DNA of 64,000 nt, taken from Parasitella parasitica NRRL 2501. Taxonomy: Eukaryota > Fungi > Mucoromycota. The DNA lies in NCBI GenBank assembly GCA_025201805.1, contig MU619238.1:5184-69183 (forward strand). Reading direction: 5' to 3'. A program made the position numbers and the translations under genes. Positions within the stretch are counted from its first letter, which is position 1. The number at the start of each line of letters is the position of its first letter. This document shows, in pieces, positions 12,402-25,009 of the stretch. Under the pieces are notes generated by a model. That model saw only the letters and a list, made by a program, of their open reading frames with translations, was not told the DNA's origin and did not search any database.

Positions 12402-13898
12402 TTATTGGACCCAAGCGTTATGTAGTTCTTCAATATACTTTGAAAACGTGGATCTGGGTGTTGTTAAAATGCGTTTTCCATTGGCTGCCACCATAGCATC
12501 GACAAGAGGAATTAAAAAGTTCTTGAGCGACTTTGATGGAACTACAAGATCTTGTAATCCTCTCAAAGGTGTAAACAAATGCTCTGGTAAATCATTTAAT
12601 ACTGTTGTACAAGGGAATCTGTCAAACCATGGCAGCAAACTGCTGCTTACTCCTCGAGGGTCTCTATGGTCCGTTGCAATATACACTTTTGCGCGTTTGG
12701 CAAGCTGTTCTGACGAAAATTGGTGTTCACTGGAGCCGTCGGTATTGCTATTATCGCCGTTGAAAGATGATGTTGAAGCAATGCTGAGGCAGTGGTGTGC
12801 TAAATCAACTGATGCATGGTCTTCATGACGTTGCACATACGTCTCATGACTGATGATCTCTGTCATATTCTTTGCAAATAACGCTAGATTAGCCGGGACA
12901 TCCTTACGAAAGGGATTGTCGCCTGTTCTGAAATGCACCGACGTAAATGAGCCTTTGCCACCCAAATAATTGACAATACCCTTTACAGTTTCACCCAGGG
13001 GCGTATCTAATCGATAGTGTAACACCTGTTTGATCATTTCCTGCATTTGTTTATCTTGAGCATCTATTAGATTGAAACGCGTCGAGCCAAAGATACCACC
13101 CAAGTACAGCAGCTTTTCAGTTCTGCGTTGAAAATGACGAGGTAGCAATACTTTATAGTAATGGCGTCCAGAAAATGAGTCGAAATAGTTGAACCTGTTC
13201 TTTAGTAATTCGACGGCTTGAGATTGATTTTGGTATAATTGCCAATCGTACAGTTGAGCGTCTTGATGCAGATAGATGTCGCTGTCGTTCAGCTGCAGAT
13301 CCTCTTTGATTTGTTTCATAGAGACTACGGATTGAAATTGGAATTTGATGCCCACTTCTTGCAATGGACTGAAATCATGTAGGTCTGTCCACGATAGTAC
13401 GCCGAAATTACGATATTCAGCGCACCTCGATCGCTGAACGTAACTAGCAAGTGTTCCAGGCTTTGGGTTTTGGCAGATTTTTGAGAAATCCTTTGGAGTT
13501 GTTAGCCACTCAAGTCGTTCTTCCAATTGAACTCGGTTCATCCATCCAAACACCGAACCAAGAAATGCAGGAGGGATGATGAGCGTACGGTTTAGCATTT
13601 GGGATAGTAGTAACGCATTTGCCAGTTCAATTCTTTGATTTGATAAACCTGAATGCGGTAAATAAGCTAGGTACTTTTCTTCTTCGAAAGATGGTATGGT
13701 TGGAGGCTCCTTTGTTGTGGGTAACATTTTACGCTGTATTGGGTATTTTTCATTCTTATAATAGAATAGTGTTGTGCTAGTCGTTGTGGGTAAAGTGTAG
13801 CATATGAATAATGCTAGCAGTATTAAGCCCGCGATACTTGATTTTCTAGTCTTTGTTGACAATATGGATAGAAATGACATTGATAACTTTTTCATCAT
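12402..13898 (-). CDS. GDP-fucose protein O-fucosyltransferase-like type II membrane protein (CigA-like)
   Basis: N-terminal TM helix; YLPHSGLSNQRIELANA, LNRTLIIPP, SVHFRTGD, VYIATD, LVDAMVAA, TPRSTFSKYI are O-FucT (GT-B) motifs. Single exon, 498 aa. Confidence 0.85.
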   Translation of the reverse strand: MMKKLSMSFLSILSTKTRKSSIAGLILLALFICYTLPTTTSTTLFYYKNEKYPIQRKMLPTTKEPPTIPSFEEEKYLAYLPHSGLSNQRIELANALLLSQMLNRTLIIPPAFLGSVFGWMNRVQLEERLEWLTTPKDFSKICQNPKPGTLASYVQRSRCAEYRNFGVLSWTDLHDFSPLQEVGIKFQFQSVVSMKQIKEDLQLNDSDIYLHQDAQLYDWQLYQNQSQAVELLKNRFNYFDSFSGRHYYKVLLPRHFQRRTEKLLYLGGIFGSTRFNLIDAQDKQMQEMIKQVLHYRLDTPLGETVKGIVNYLGGKGSFTSVHFRTGDNPFRKDVPANLALFAKNMTEIISHETYVQRHEDHASVDLAHHCLSIASTSSFNGDNSNTDGSSEHQFSSEQLAKRAKVYIATDHRDPRGVSSSLLPWFDRFPCTTVLNDLPEHLFTPLRGLQDLVVPSKSLKNFLIPLVDAMVAANGKRILTTPRSTFSKYIEELHNAWVQ

Positions 13899-14526
13899 CC
13901 TGCGTATATGAAAGTCTATGGTGAACGAAAGGAATGTATATATGATGCAAAGTGATCAGAAAGAGAGAAGAGATAAAAAGAGGGCTATTAAATATTTTTA
14001 CAAACAAAGAAAGATGTTCCTGATTTCAAAGGAGTTTTTAGTACGCCGATCACTTATGTTACTCTTTTCATAGCTTCAGGAAGCGTACGTTTCTGTTGTT
14101 ATATACACAGTAATAGTGTCTTTTGTAATAACACACTGCTTGATTTGACATCATCGTGTCTTTCTCTTTTATCTCTTGGCGCAGTTGCACAAGACGATAG
14201 GACAGAAAACAGCATGCAACTAAAAGTATTTGGCAAGACAATGCTCATAACGTATGGCGAAATGCCATGATATTCACTCATTCTTTCCGTTCTTTCGTAT
14301 TATTTATAGCATATTTTCCAACGTTTTTGTCAATGGACAGATTGTTGAATATGGTTTTATTTACTCGTTTTGTAATTAAAAACTATTTTTATAAGACTTA
14401 ACTCAATTGTGTGCTACACCAAAAGAAAGTTTGGTGTAATACAATATTGATGGAATATTGTATTGCACTCAGTGACAAAACGCAGTGCTTCCATTGCCAC
14501 TTTGCACGTTTAACTACACAATTCGC

Positions 14527-14940
14527 GCTTTTTGAACATTAAAACCAAGGAGAACGGCCAACAGCAGTGTTTCCGAAACAAACCTGTCTCCTTGACAAAG
14601 TTCACACAAGCTGCTGGAGCAGATCTTTACCAGAACAAAAGTTAGTTTGACACCACTTGGAAACCGTGATAGCCTTACGAGTTCGAATACCAAGAGCGAC
14701 GTTGAGCTGTTCCCCATGTTCTAGACTCAGATCCTCGAAATGGAAAGTTGCGAGTTGTTCATGTTCCCTAGAGCTTTTCTATTCCATGTCAAAAACATCC
14801 TTTGCTTGCTGAGAGTTGAAAATGCGTGCAGATGTGGATTCATGCTGAGAATCAGTGGTGTTCCTACCAATCAGGTCTCTGTCCTTTATATGGTGTTGGG
14901 TTATCTGAAAGAGCCATCTAAATCCTATCATATCAATGAA
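14527..14940 (+). pseudogene. Decayed coding remnant; diverged inverted copy of 16382-16510
   Basis: One frame reads RFLNIKTKENGQQQCFRNKPVSLTKFTQAAGAD with several later stops. The reverse complement aligns by eye to 16382-16510. Confidence 0.45.
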
Positions 14941-15229
14941 AAAGCATTACTATAACAAGATGAATACATACTGCATATAAACTCTTCGATTTTATCAATT
15001 ATGCAAATTGAAAATAGAAAAACGTTGTGGTGCATTTGATGAGGCAACAATGTAGTATATGCAGTTTATATTAAATTGGATAAAATATAGCACATTGCGC
15101 TACTGTTTCAACTTTGTAGTTTTTCCACATAACAAATGCTTCTGTCTTCAATGAACATCCCCTCTACCCCCCCCCCTTTTTTTTTTCTTCTATTAACATT
15201 TGAACTGAATGGTGATCACAGGAACAATT

Positions 15230-15850
15230 ATGAAGTTCAGCGTATGCCAGCTGCCCGAGAAACTGTGGCATTTGGTTCTGCAGGATATATCTCATTTTGA
15301 TACACAACAGCTATCAATGATTTGTCATCGATTCAGATATTTTACGCTTAAGCACTCTACAAGAAGCATAACCGCATTTCCCACAAGGAGCGCGTCCGCA
15401 TATACTCAAGAAGTCATGATGAAGATTGCTACCACCTTGACTGTCGAACATAGCAATATTACAACTACTTGAGTGAAAAAATCATCCAACATCTACCCAA
15501 CATTAAAGTCGCCAATATTGAATGTTCATCGTAAACTAGCAAGACAACTCTTGATCTATATCTCAAGGTACTGCCATTTTGATGTAATCCATGCTCCATT
15601 GAAAGATATTCCAAAGTGGGAAAAATTCTAACATCATTCAATAGACGGTAAATGTATTCGCGCTAGTGCAGTAAGTGTCAACCATTTGGATGTGTCTCGC
15701 CAAAATGTTAATCAAGACATGTTTCTTTTACAAGGTCGTAATATGTTGCTCGAAAATGATGAAGATCCTCTGCCTGTGAAGACTTTGTCATTTAACTTGG
15801 AAAACTTAGCGTTGACTTGGTGCTATCTAGCAACAGCATTTGTATCCATG
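15230..15850 (+). pseudogene. F-box protein pseudogene
   Basis: F-box-like start QLPEKLWHLVLQDISHFDTQQLSMICHRFR, then in-frame TGA at 15470 and further stops or frameshifts. Confidence 0.6.
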
Positions 15851-17620
15851 GTTTTTTGATGTCTACAAAATTGTCAGCTGATAACACATACTTACAAATA
15901 TATAATCGCTGATAGGACCACCAATAATTCCTTGCTCATTCCGTTTTCGCTCCTCTGCAATCAATCTCCTCAAAAATGCCCTAAAATTGAAAACACCCGT
16001 ACATGCTTTATCCTTGAATGGTATCATGCTTCTTACAGACGATTCTTATGTAGACTACGGATTTGGAACGCAAGAATGGAGAGACATCATGAGAGGACTC
16101 CAGCAAACCTTTGTCAACAAAGACTCTGTTGCAACGATGAATTCACGTTAATTATTGATGATTTCCTAAATCGGTGCTATGATAAAAGTAGGATATCTAT
16201 ATGCTGCACTGAACGCCAATGCATTGTCAAAGGTAAATGATTGGTGTCGATGTTGAATAACCTAGCGGGCATTGTTAATCCAACTTGGAATGTAATGAAC
16301 ATGATGGATACTTTTACCATCAATATGTTCGGTCCCATATTTTTAATCCTTTTCTTATTTATAATTTATCCTTATCTCACAAATTTTTGTTCTGGCGAAG
16401 ATTTCATCCATATCTGCTCCAGCATCTCATGTAAACTTTGTCAAAGGGACAACTTTGTTTTGGGATCACTGCTGTAGGCCATCCTCTTCAATCGTAATGT
16501 TAAAAAAGCTACGCTTAAAATATTATACCAAAAATATAAAATGAATCCACAGTTTTTGGCTTTTCTTGCTTATCGCAGCGAACTGAGGCCAACAAAGAAA
16601 GTTTCTTTTTCAATCAAAAACAAATCCTAGCTAGCCATTAATTGTCAGTACTTTCTTCAGACAGAAACAAGAGCCTGAAGTTACTACAGCACTACTTTCT
16701 GGAACAGAAATGGTAAGTCTGAGCCCTTATAGAGACTAAGAATGATAGCAATACATAATGCATCGATTGTAAAAGACCATTTGAGAGCTGTGAACTGCAT
16801 TTTGAACTGAAGCAATAAAGCCACCTGTAATGAAAGTGTTAAATTTGCTACGAGAAGAACGCGCCTCATCTTATAAATATACAAAAGTTGAAATACGCTA
16901 ACTTTCACAATTTTGAAATATTTAGGTTGCCACCTAAAATCAAAAAAGATTATTAAACAGGTTGGTCGAGATTTCAGCTGAATCGATCGACATTTTTCGG
17001 TGTAAGGAAGAAATGGAGCAAGGGAGCTGGGAGCTTCTAAGTTAATTGAAAATGTATAACGTTGAGCTGTTAACGCTACTAAATATCACTTACTACCCTT
17101 GGATATCAAATTGTTAAGGAGATCCAGGCCATGGGCTGGACTGGCAAATATCGTATTCATACTTTTTGTTTGTCAAATTGTTTTTTTTATTGCTCCATGT
17201 AAATAGGTCCCGAAGACACTATCAAAAGGCAGGCGCAAATAAGAGGTTGTTTGAATAATTACTAATGAGTATTCATACTACTCACTGGAAAATCAACATT
17301 TTTTCGCTTAAGAAACATTGATAATAAATGTGACAATAATTGGAAAGGCCACAACGACAGAGGCAAATGAGAGGACTATTACTACTACCAGATATGGCCT
17401 TTATGCAACAAAAATTGGAATGAGGAGCAGTAGTCAGATAATATTTTATAATGGACCCATTTGGAAAACCCAACTTTTAACTTAAGTATATACCATTGTC
17501 ATGCTCTAATAAGACACCGGATAAACGTTTACTCTTTCTCGCAAATGATAACAAAATTAAGTTTCCTATTTCTTTGATTTCAATCTTTTCAGCTTTTTCT
17601 CACATTTAAAACTACACCTC

Positions 17621-18824
17621 ATGTCCTTTACATCATCTAGTGTACCACCAGCAGAAAGCTTTGATAGAGAATCCGTTGGTTCGAAGCCTTCTTTACCAGA
17701 GCAAGCTTGCGAAATACAAACGTTGATGTGCTCATTCTTGAAAGAGCATACAGCATACGATGTCTTGCCTGTAAGCTATCGGTTGATTGTGTTTGATACT
17801 CGGCTCTTGGTGAAAAAAGCATTGAATGCACTTGTGCAAAACGGTAAAATCCTGCCATGGTACAAAAAAAAAAAAGAAAACCAACCTTGTTTTTTTGTTG
17901 TAGGTATTGTGTCTGCCCCTTTGTGGTCGAGCGAAACACAGAGATTTGCTGGCATGTTAACCGTAGCCGACTTTATCAACTTGATACAATATTATTATAC
18001 CCATTCTTCGGTCGAGGATGCGTTTCGTGAGATAGAAAGCTTTGAGCTGGCCCATTTACGTAATGTAGAGAAATTGGTTGGGGCACCAGCACCACAGCTA
18101 GTGTCTATGGATCCTATGGCAACATTGTATGACGCGTGTCGTAAGCTAGCTGAAAGCAGGGTACATCGAGTGCCTTTATTAGATAAAGAGCCAGAAACTG
18201 GAACAGAGATGATTGTGAGTGTGATTACACAATACCGTATATTGAAGTTTATCGCCTCTAATGTGAGTATCATGATTTCGCACTTTTTGTCTGCCCTCAT
18301 CTGATGCATTCTTGGACAAGTTTAAACACACAAAAGCATTGAAACAACCATTATCAGAGCTAAAGATTGGGACTTACGAAAATGTCGCAACAGCATACAT
18401 GTCAACACCTGTAATTCAAGTCATCAATATGTTTGTGGAGCAAAATATAAGCGCTGTACCCATTATAGATGCAAATGGCGTTGTGATCAATGTATACGAG
18501 ACAATTGATGTGATGGTAAGATTTTTAGTCAAGTTATATTTCAAGGATTATTGAAACAAGAAGTTATTTTTGCAGAGCATTGCAAGATCAGGGAGATATA
18601 AAGAATTAGACATTCCTGTTGGAGAAGCAATGGAAGCGAGACCTAAAGACTATCCTGGAGTGCATACATGCACACTAAGTGACACATTGTATTCCATCTT
18701 TAGGACTATCAGAAAGCAAAGAGTGTATAGATTGATTATTGTGGATAGAGAAAACAAATTGATTGGAATAGTTAGTTTATCGAATATTTTGGGGTATCTT
18801 GTAGGTCATACTGCAAGGCGCTGA
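17621..18824 (+). CDS. SNF4: AMPK/SNF1 gamma subunit (4 CBS domains)
   Basis: TAYDVLPVSYRLIVFDTRLLVKKAL, GIVSAPLW, FAGMLTVADFIN, VITQYRILKF, ISAVPIID, GVHTC, LIGIVSLSNIL. Three introns. Confidence 0.96.
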
Positions 18825-19113
18825 TTATAGTATCTACTCCAAATAATAAAAATCTGTGTACATAACATTAATTTTGGTAATCATTATTGTAGCTGTCATT
18901 TTGCTACATACAACACTGTCGCGAGCAGTGAAATGTTGGTGATATTGAGACGCTTTGTGTTACAGTTACACACGAGTCAGTAAGAGAAGCATTATATTGC
19001 CATACAGCCAATGGTAAGGTATGACTCAGTATGATTGACAAATAATGAATAAAAGATGTTTATGCATAGATAGTGCTAATATTATAGAGAAAGAGAGAAG
19101 TATATACAGCTAT

Positions 19114-20263
19114 TTATCCGGGAGGGAGCAAGGAGGCATCGACAACATCAGAATCTTCGTATGAATGCTCAGTTTGGGGTTCATAATGATCATGGACAGG
19201 AGATCTAGGCATTGCCATAATACCTTGAAAAAAAAAATCGAGCAGGCAAAGAATCAATATCCAAAATAAACACTAATAATGATTAAACTTACCTGTTCTT
19301 GAGGCTTCAAGAATACCAAAAGGCTTACAGAGCTTCATGAATGAAGATAATCTGCTGGATTTGGCACATAACTCGATGATTACAGAGTCTGAAGAAACAT
19401 CAACAACCTTGCCATCAAAGAGACGAGTAAGCTCTGTCAAGGCACGCAAATGAGAGAAGGTCTCGCGAAGGGTATCTGAAGAAGAAATGGCGGATTGCTG
19501 TACAACAATATTAATTTATGTCAGATCTTGTGATAATTAAGTTTCTCCCTTACGTTCTTGAAACGAGTTACATTCTCATCTTCATATTCAACCTCGTCAT
19601 CCAACTTGGCAGTGGGCAACTGTTCATGCAAGTGTTCAGGACCAAGAATCGAGACCTTGATCAGTAAAAGTTCACGCTCAACCAATTTTGTCTTTGAGTA
19701 GTCCAATACAGCCCAGACAGGAACCTATTCAACACACCTTTGTTAATGATATCCCTCGACGCACAAAAATCTGCTGATAATACCAAATCTTCCAATTGAC
19801 GTCTAGCTTGTTCAATTTGAACATTTCTTCCATTAAAGACAATCGTCATACGGCTAAGATCCTCGACTTCTGTATTAGCTACAACAAGAGACTCAATATT
19901 AAAACCACGAGCAGCCAAAATACCAGACACACGACTGAGCACACCAGGCTCATTTTGAACCAAACAATTCAATACATGACGAGTTTCAGGCTGGAGACTA
20001 GGAGCTGGTGTGTTGTAGAGAATGTTGGTAACTGCATCTTCTACAGTAGGCTGAGGCACAACGGGTACAGGGGCAAAACGGCGCTGACGGATGTGCTTCT
20101 TGAAAGAGATGGCAGAGGTAGCAGAGCTGCTTTGAGAGGCTAAAAACCTGGCATTGTTGATGACAGGAGAACGAGTGTTGTGAACCTACAGTACGTTAGA
20201 CCAAGAAAAGCTTATATGCACAAAAATACAACTTACAGCACGAGTTGCAATTGATCTGAACAT
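19114..20263 (-). CDS. ILV6: Acetolactate synthase small (regulatory) subunit, mitochondrial
   Basis: HVLNCLVQNEPGVLSRVSGILAARGFNIESLVV, LSRMTIV, ERELLLIKVSILGPE, C-terminal VDASLLPPG. Transit-peptide-like start MFRSIATRA. Confidence 0.96.
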
Positions 20264-20726
20264 GTCGATATGAAATGAGAGAAGAAAAGAAAAAAAAAGA
20301 AAGAAATGTGGAGACGTTTCTATTTATACCAAATGAATGGTAACCCCAGATTTCAGCAATTCAGGGAATTTCCATGTAGTCTCATTACTGTTGATAGCCT
20401 GTGACGACAAGTTGAATCATTTGCAACAAAGAGAGCTTATTGGTACATCTAATAATGTAAATCTTAACTTCAAACATTCACCTGCTTTTGTTTGAGCAAA
20501 TGCATAAGAGAGAACCGCGAAAAACCAGCAATATAGCTGTCATACTCTCAACATCTGCAATAACTAATTCAATTTTTACTACACGCTTTGATATATTCTC
20601 TCGTTTGTTTTCTTTTGGTATCTTTATTTGATGCGCTAGTTACACCAACAAGATGAACTTTAAAAAGCCACTTGGACAAGAAAAGCAGGCTGCTTGAAGC
20701 TGCATGATTTAAGGGGTGAAAATCAG

Positions 20727-22473
20727 TTACGAAGGTACGACAAAGCTTTTCACAGAGACATTGAGACCATCCAAATGCCTACAACAATCCGTAAATAATG
20801 TATCTATACTTTATATTTGATACGCTTTCTTACTTTCGAATCTTTGCGTCCAAAGAGGGTTCAGCAACGATCTTGCTCTTCTTCTTACTATCAACGAGAG
20901 CATTGGCCAACTGCTCTTTAGCTTCTTTCTGTGATTTTCTTTGATCAATCATATGTTGTAAATTCTTGTAATGGTGGATAACAACAAACTTGTCCTCTGC
21001 AGTGATATAAAAAAGAATCAATGATGGCTTGTATATAAATTACACCGAAAAAAATGAATTAAAAACAAACAAACCGTATTTATCCACAATATCTTGTTCC
21101 TTTCCAGAGGATTTCTTAACGACTTTTTTCTTTGCATTAACCTGCTCATCCAAATCATCTTGACCAGTCATCATGCCGTCAAGCAAACGCTCGAAATTCT
21201 TTTTGAAATCAATAATGAGGCAATCTTGTTTATCTTCGTGCAAACGAGATCCTCGGCCAAGCATTTGTTGAAATAAGGGCTCTGAATTGGTTTTACGAGT
21301 CAGCAAAATGCAATCTACCTGAGGAAGATCGGTTCCTTCAGTCAAAATTGCTACATAACAATAGTTGGTATTAATCATTATGAAAAATCTGTCAGGTACT
21401 CACTGCAGTTTACTAAAACAGGCACTTTTCCTTCCTTGAAGTCATCGAGGATCTTTGTTCTAGTCTTGGGATCTGTTTTGCTTGTAATGAACTTGGCATC
21501 AACGCCTTTAGAAATGAAATCGTCGCATAAATCTTCAGTTTTTTGAATATTTCGGGCAAAAACCAGAGTAGAAGTTCTTTGCTTCTTGGCAGCAAACTGC
21601 TGCCAAGAAGCTATGACAACTTCATGATATATATCTTCGTCGAGAAAATCATCTGTATCGACTGTTGTTACCCTCAAATCACTTAAATATCCAATACTGA
21701 TCATTTCCATCAAGCCTAAATGGAATGATACGGGTCCAAAAACAGGGTCGAGAGATTTTTTATCAGCTCGTTTGGGAGTAGCAGTACAACCCCATAAGAG
21801 AGTCTTGGAGCCTTTCTCCAGAACACCAAAATACTCAAATATACGCATATAAGTTTTTGCTACACCACGATGCGCTTCATCAACAATCACAGCTTTAAAC
21901 AGCTTCGGATCAAACTTATTCATACGGTATTTCGACTTGTCTTTCTTGTCTTTGGAATTCAAGCTTTGGACAGAGCCGATAACCACATCCGTAGTCAAAG
22001 GATCTGCAAGGTTTTTTTCCTGTTCGATGTTGACTACCTATACCAACGAGAGCATGTCAATATAGTATCTATATAATTGCCGATGTATTGGTACCAATTT
22101 GGGATTATATTTCGAAATCTGGGCTTTCGCTTGATTCAGGAGCTCAATTCGATGACCTAACACAAGAACTTTGGTTGCCTTAGGATTAGGGGATGGTATA
22201 AGTGGTATCAAGTTGGACATAACGACCTATTTCTTTCATTAACATGCCTATTTATCTGTGAGCTGCATAGTTTTTAAACTTACAGTCTTTCCGCTTCCTA
22301 CATGTAGGTAATGTCGTTATCAGTATCCCAATTTTTTATTGTGCTTAATTGTCAAAATCAAGTTACAAACCTGTTGGAAGAGAAATAAGATGCTGGTATT
22401 GGCCTTTCTTGATGCTGGCCAGTGTATCTTTGATGCATCTGTCTTGGTAATCTCTTAGTTTTTCGGTATTCAT
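20727..22473 (-). CDS. SF2 DEAH helicase, Irc3-like (short, divergent copy); 3' end either 20830 or, with one more intron, 20727
   Basis: LRDYQ Q-motif, SLPTGSGKT (spliced through a 14-nt micro-exon), LGHRIELLNQA, VDEAH, GCTATP, ILTEGTDLPQVD, QMLGRGSR. Confidence 0.85.
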
Positions 22474-22583
22474 ATTACTGGGGGGCGAAGGTATAGTATA
22501 TTGAAAAGAAAAGAATACAAGCGTTTGGTTGTGCTACAAACTGTATGTGACCGATGTTGCTTTAACGGGGAGGTTTCCAATTA

Positions 22584-23571
22584 CACTGCCTTCACCCCCA
22601 ATTTTCGCTTTTCAACGAACTGATTTCGTTTTGGTCTTTGACCAATTGTCGTTTTTATAAAGCCCAATCTTCGTTTTTTTTATTGGCCAAAATTCGTTTT
22701 GGTAAGAGCACATTTTTCGCTTTCGTCGCTCCCAAAGTTCGCTTTTAAATCACTCAATTTTCGTGTTTTTTTTAACTTTTGCGTTTACATTTCAATGAAT
22801 AACAACTTTTATTACGAAGACGGACAGGGCAAGTTTTTGGACGAGCAAGGAAACGACGCTGTCGACTGGGAGGAGGAGGTTGATCCTTATAATCTTGGTA
22901 CTTTGTTGACTTTGTCACAATATCGAGCTTTTCAGAGTCGCTTTCCGACAGAGGATATAGAAGAGCTCGATGTACAGATGGAAGAGTTATCCAAAGAACT
23001 ATCGCAGGGTGAAACTAGTGGCAAAAAGTACAATGTGTATTCTGATAACCAGAAGTCAGTGTTTTATTATTTTAACAGAATCAAGCTTTGGAAGGCTGCC
23101 CCTTCGGGACGTAAAGCGAACATCGAGCCACGAACAGCACAGATCTGGGCCAAGAGACTCAGAGAAGATCCCAGCTGGAACATCTATGAGAAGCAGACGA
23201 ACAAGGTTAACCGAAAGCCTTCTTAACTTCAGCAGGATCATAAACAGCATCTTCTGGAGTTTTTCGATAACTACCCTCAAGCAACGAGGCATGATGCTGT
23301 GGAAAGTCTCACTGAAGCATTTGAGGGCTTTAGTCTGAAGGAAACAGCAGTCGGCAATTTCATCCTTTATGAGTGCAATTTGACTATGAAGCGAGTAACT
23401 TTACAACCTGTGTCGTGAAATAGCCCTGAGAACCTTGAAGCACGCTACAGGTGGACGCATGAATGGGTTATTAATTCGGATATGAATTACGTCGAGAACT
23501 GTGTTTTTTTGGATGAAGCTGGTTTCAATATCAACATGAGAAGCCCTTTCGCTTGTCCAATGAGAGGCACA
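22584..23571 (+). mobile_element. Tc1/mariner-IS630 DNA transposon: 5' portion with inactivated transposase
   Basis: TA followed by TIR-like CACTGCCTTCACCCCCAATTTTCG; subterminal TTCG(T/C)TTT repeats; HTH region (ANIEPRTAQIWAKR); first catalytic Asp in NCVFLDEAGFNINMR. In-frame stops at 23224 and 23416. Truncated near 23571. Confidence 0.85.
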
Positions 23572-25009
23572 CCTCTTTGTTCATCCAATGGATATATTCT
23601 GTTCAACACTGCAGAACTTCGAATATATATAATAATTCAAAGGCTTGAATTCTATACTTTGTTTCAAAGTTGAGACACAGTACTTTCACTTCTATAACGG
23701 GAGGGAATGAACGCTGCATGAATTGAACATTCAGTTCCTGAAATATGATTAGATAAGAAGCGTCGCAACTTTAATTTTATCCTCTTTATCACCTTTGTTT
23801 GTTGTAAGTGTTCCTTATCTCAAAGAGGTAGCTAATCTCCATTAAAATTTTATCAAAAGTTGTACATAAATATTATATGTAGAAATTTGGATGATGTTAT
23901 TGTATGAGAGAATTTTATTTTTTCATACAGTAACATACTCTAATTATACGTTATACCTAACTTTTTGTTATGTATGATTTATAAACAGATTGAGTTTGCA
24001 GCAACTTGAAGACACGAATATGATTATTAAATCATTGAGTGAATTTATATTCATTGATTTTTTACTATTTTATATTATCTATACCCTCAAATACCACAAA
24101 GACAAAACGCATATATTTCACAAATGTTCAAAGCTAGCGATAATTGTGTCGTGCACGAGTTCAGTAATAAGAATGGAGAAATATCGGTACCTTCAGTCGA
24201 TAAGTTGTATCCAAAAGAATTGGGGACTAGAGTTGATATGCTTCTCACAATAAAAAATTTGGAGTTTCTTTGTGAAGAAGTACACCTCATAAGCAGATAG
24301 GCCATCCATCGACCATGATAGTGTTTTTCAATAAAAAGTAAACTGAAAATTAATGACAGCTACACATTTAAGTAAGATGAAGTTTCGATGAAAAAGTAGA
24401 AAAAGCAGAAATACATATGCATATAGTGTCTTACGTATTTCACGCTGGTTAAGCGCTCGAATAAAAATGTAGTCATCGTTGGTTTTAATGCATGTTGTGC
24501 GAGTTATCTTTGTCGCACACAGTGTTAAAAAACACAAGTTAAGAGAGTAAGATTTGACATACATATCTTTATAGAAGCCTTGTTTGATACATATGTAATT
24601 AAGGATGAGCTCAAATCTTGAGAAGCTTTAGTGCTAAATACAAAAGACTTGAACGTATAGATTGTCTATATATATGCACACACATATGTATGAGCACTAA
24701 CATATTACATAGAAATTTGGATGAATGACCCATATTTTTACTATGATGTGAGAGAGGCTTTTTCCACTCAAACGTGAGTATAAAATCTCACAAGGTGATG
24801 AAAGTATACAAATAATAAAGTGTGCAGCTTTGCCACTCTAGATAATCTTTAGTGAAATTATGAACTTAAGATTCTTTTTCATATGCACTAACAATGTGAA
24901 CAAGCTTTGATTTTATTATGTAAAAATTCATATAAGGGTCAACATCATGAATGTGAAAGTTATAGACTGTGATAGGAGTATGAGTGATTTCTCTGCATTA
25001 TTACAATAT

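Noticed and set aside
12313-12828. 171-aa + strand ORF overlapping the O-FucT-like gene
   Set aside because: Antisense shadow with a non-ATG start and no motifs.
22479-22499. gggggcgaaggtatagta resembling the reverse complement of the Tc1 TIR, suggesting the helicase is carried in a transposon
   Set aside because: Only a partial match in G-run sequence, and no partner TIR was seen on the far side of the helicase.
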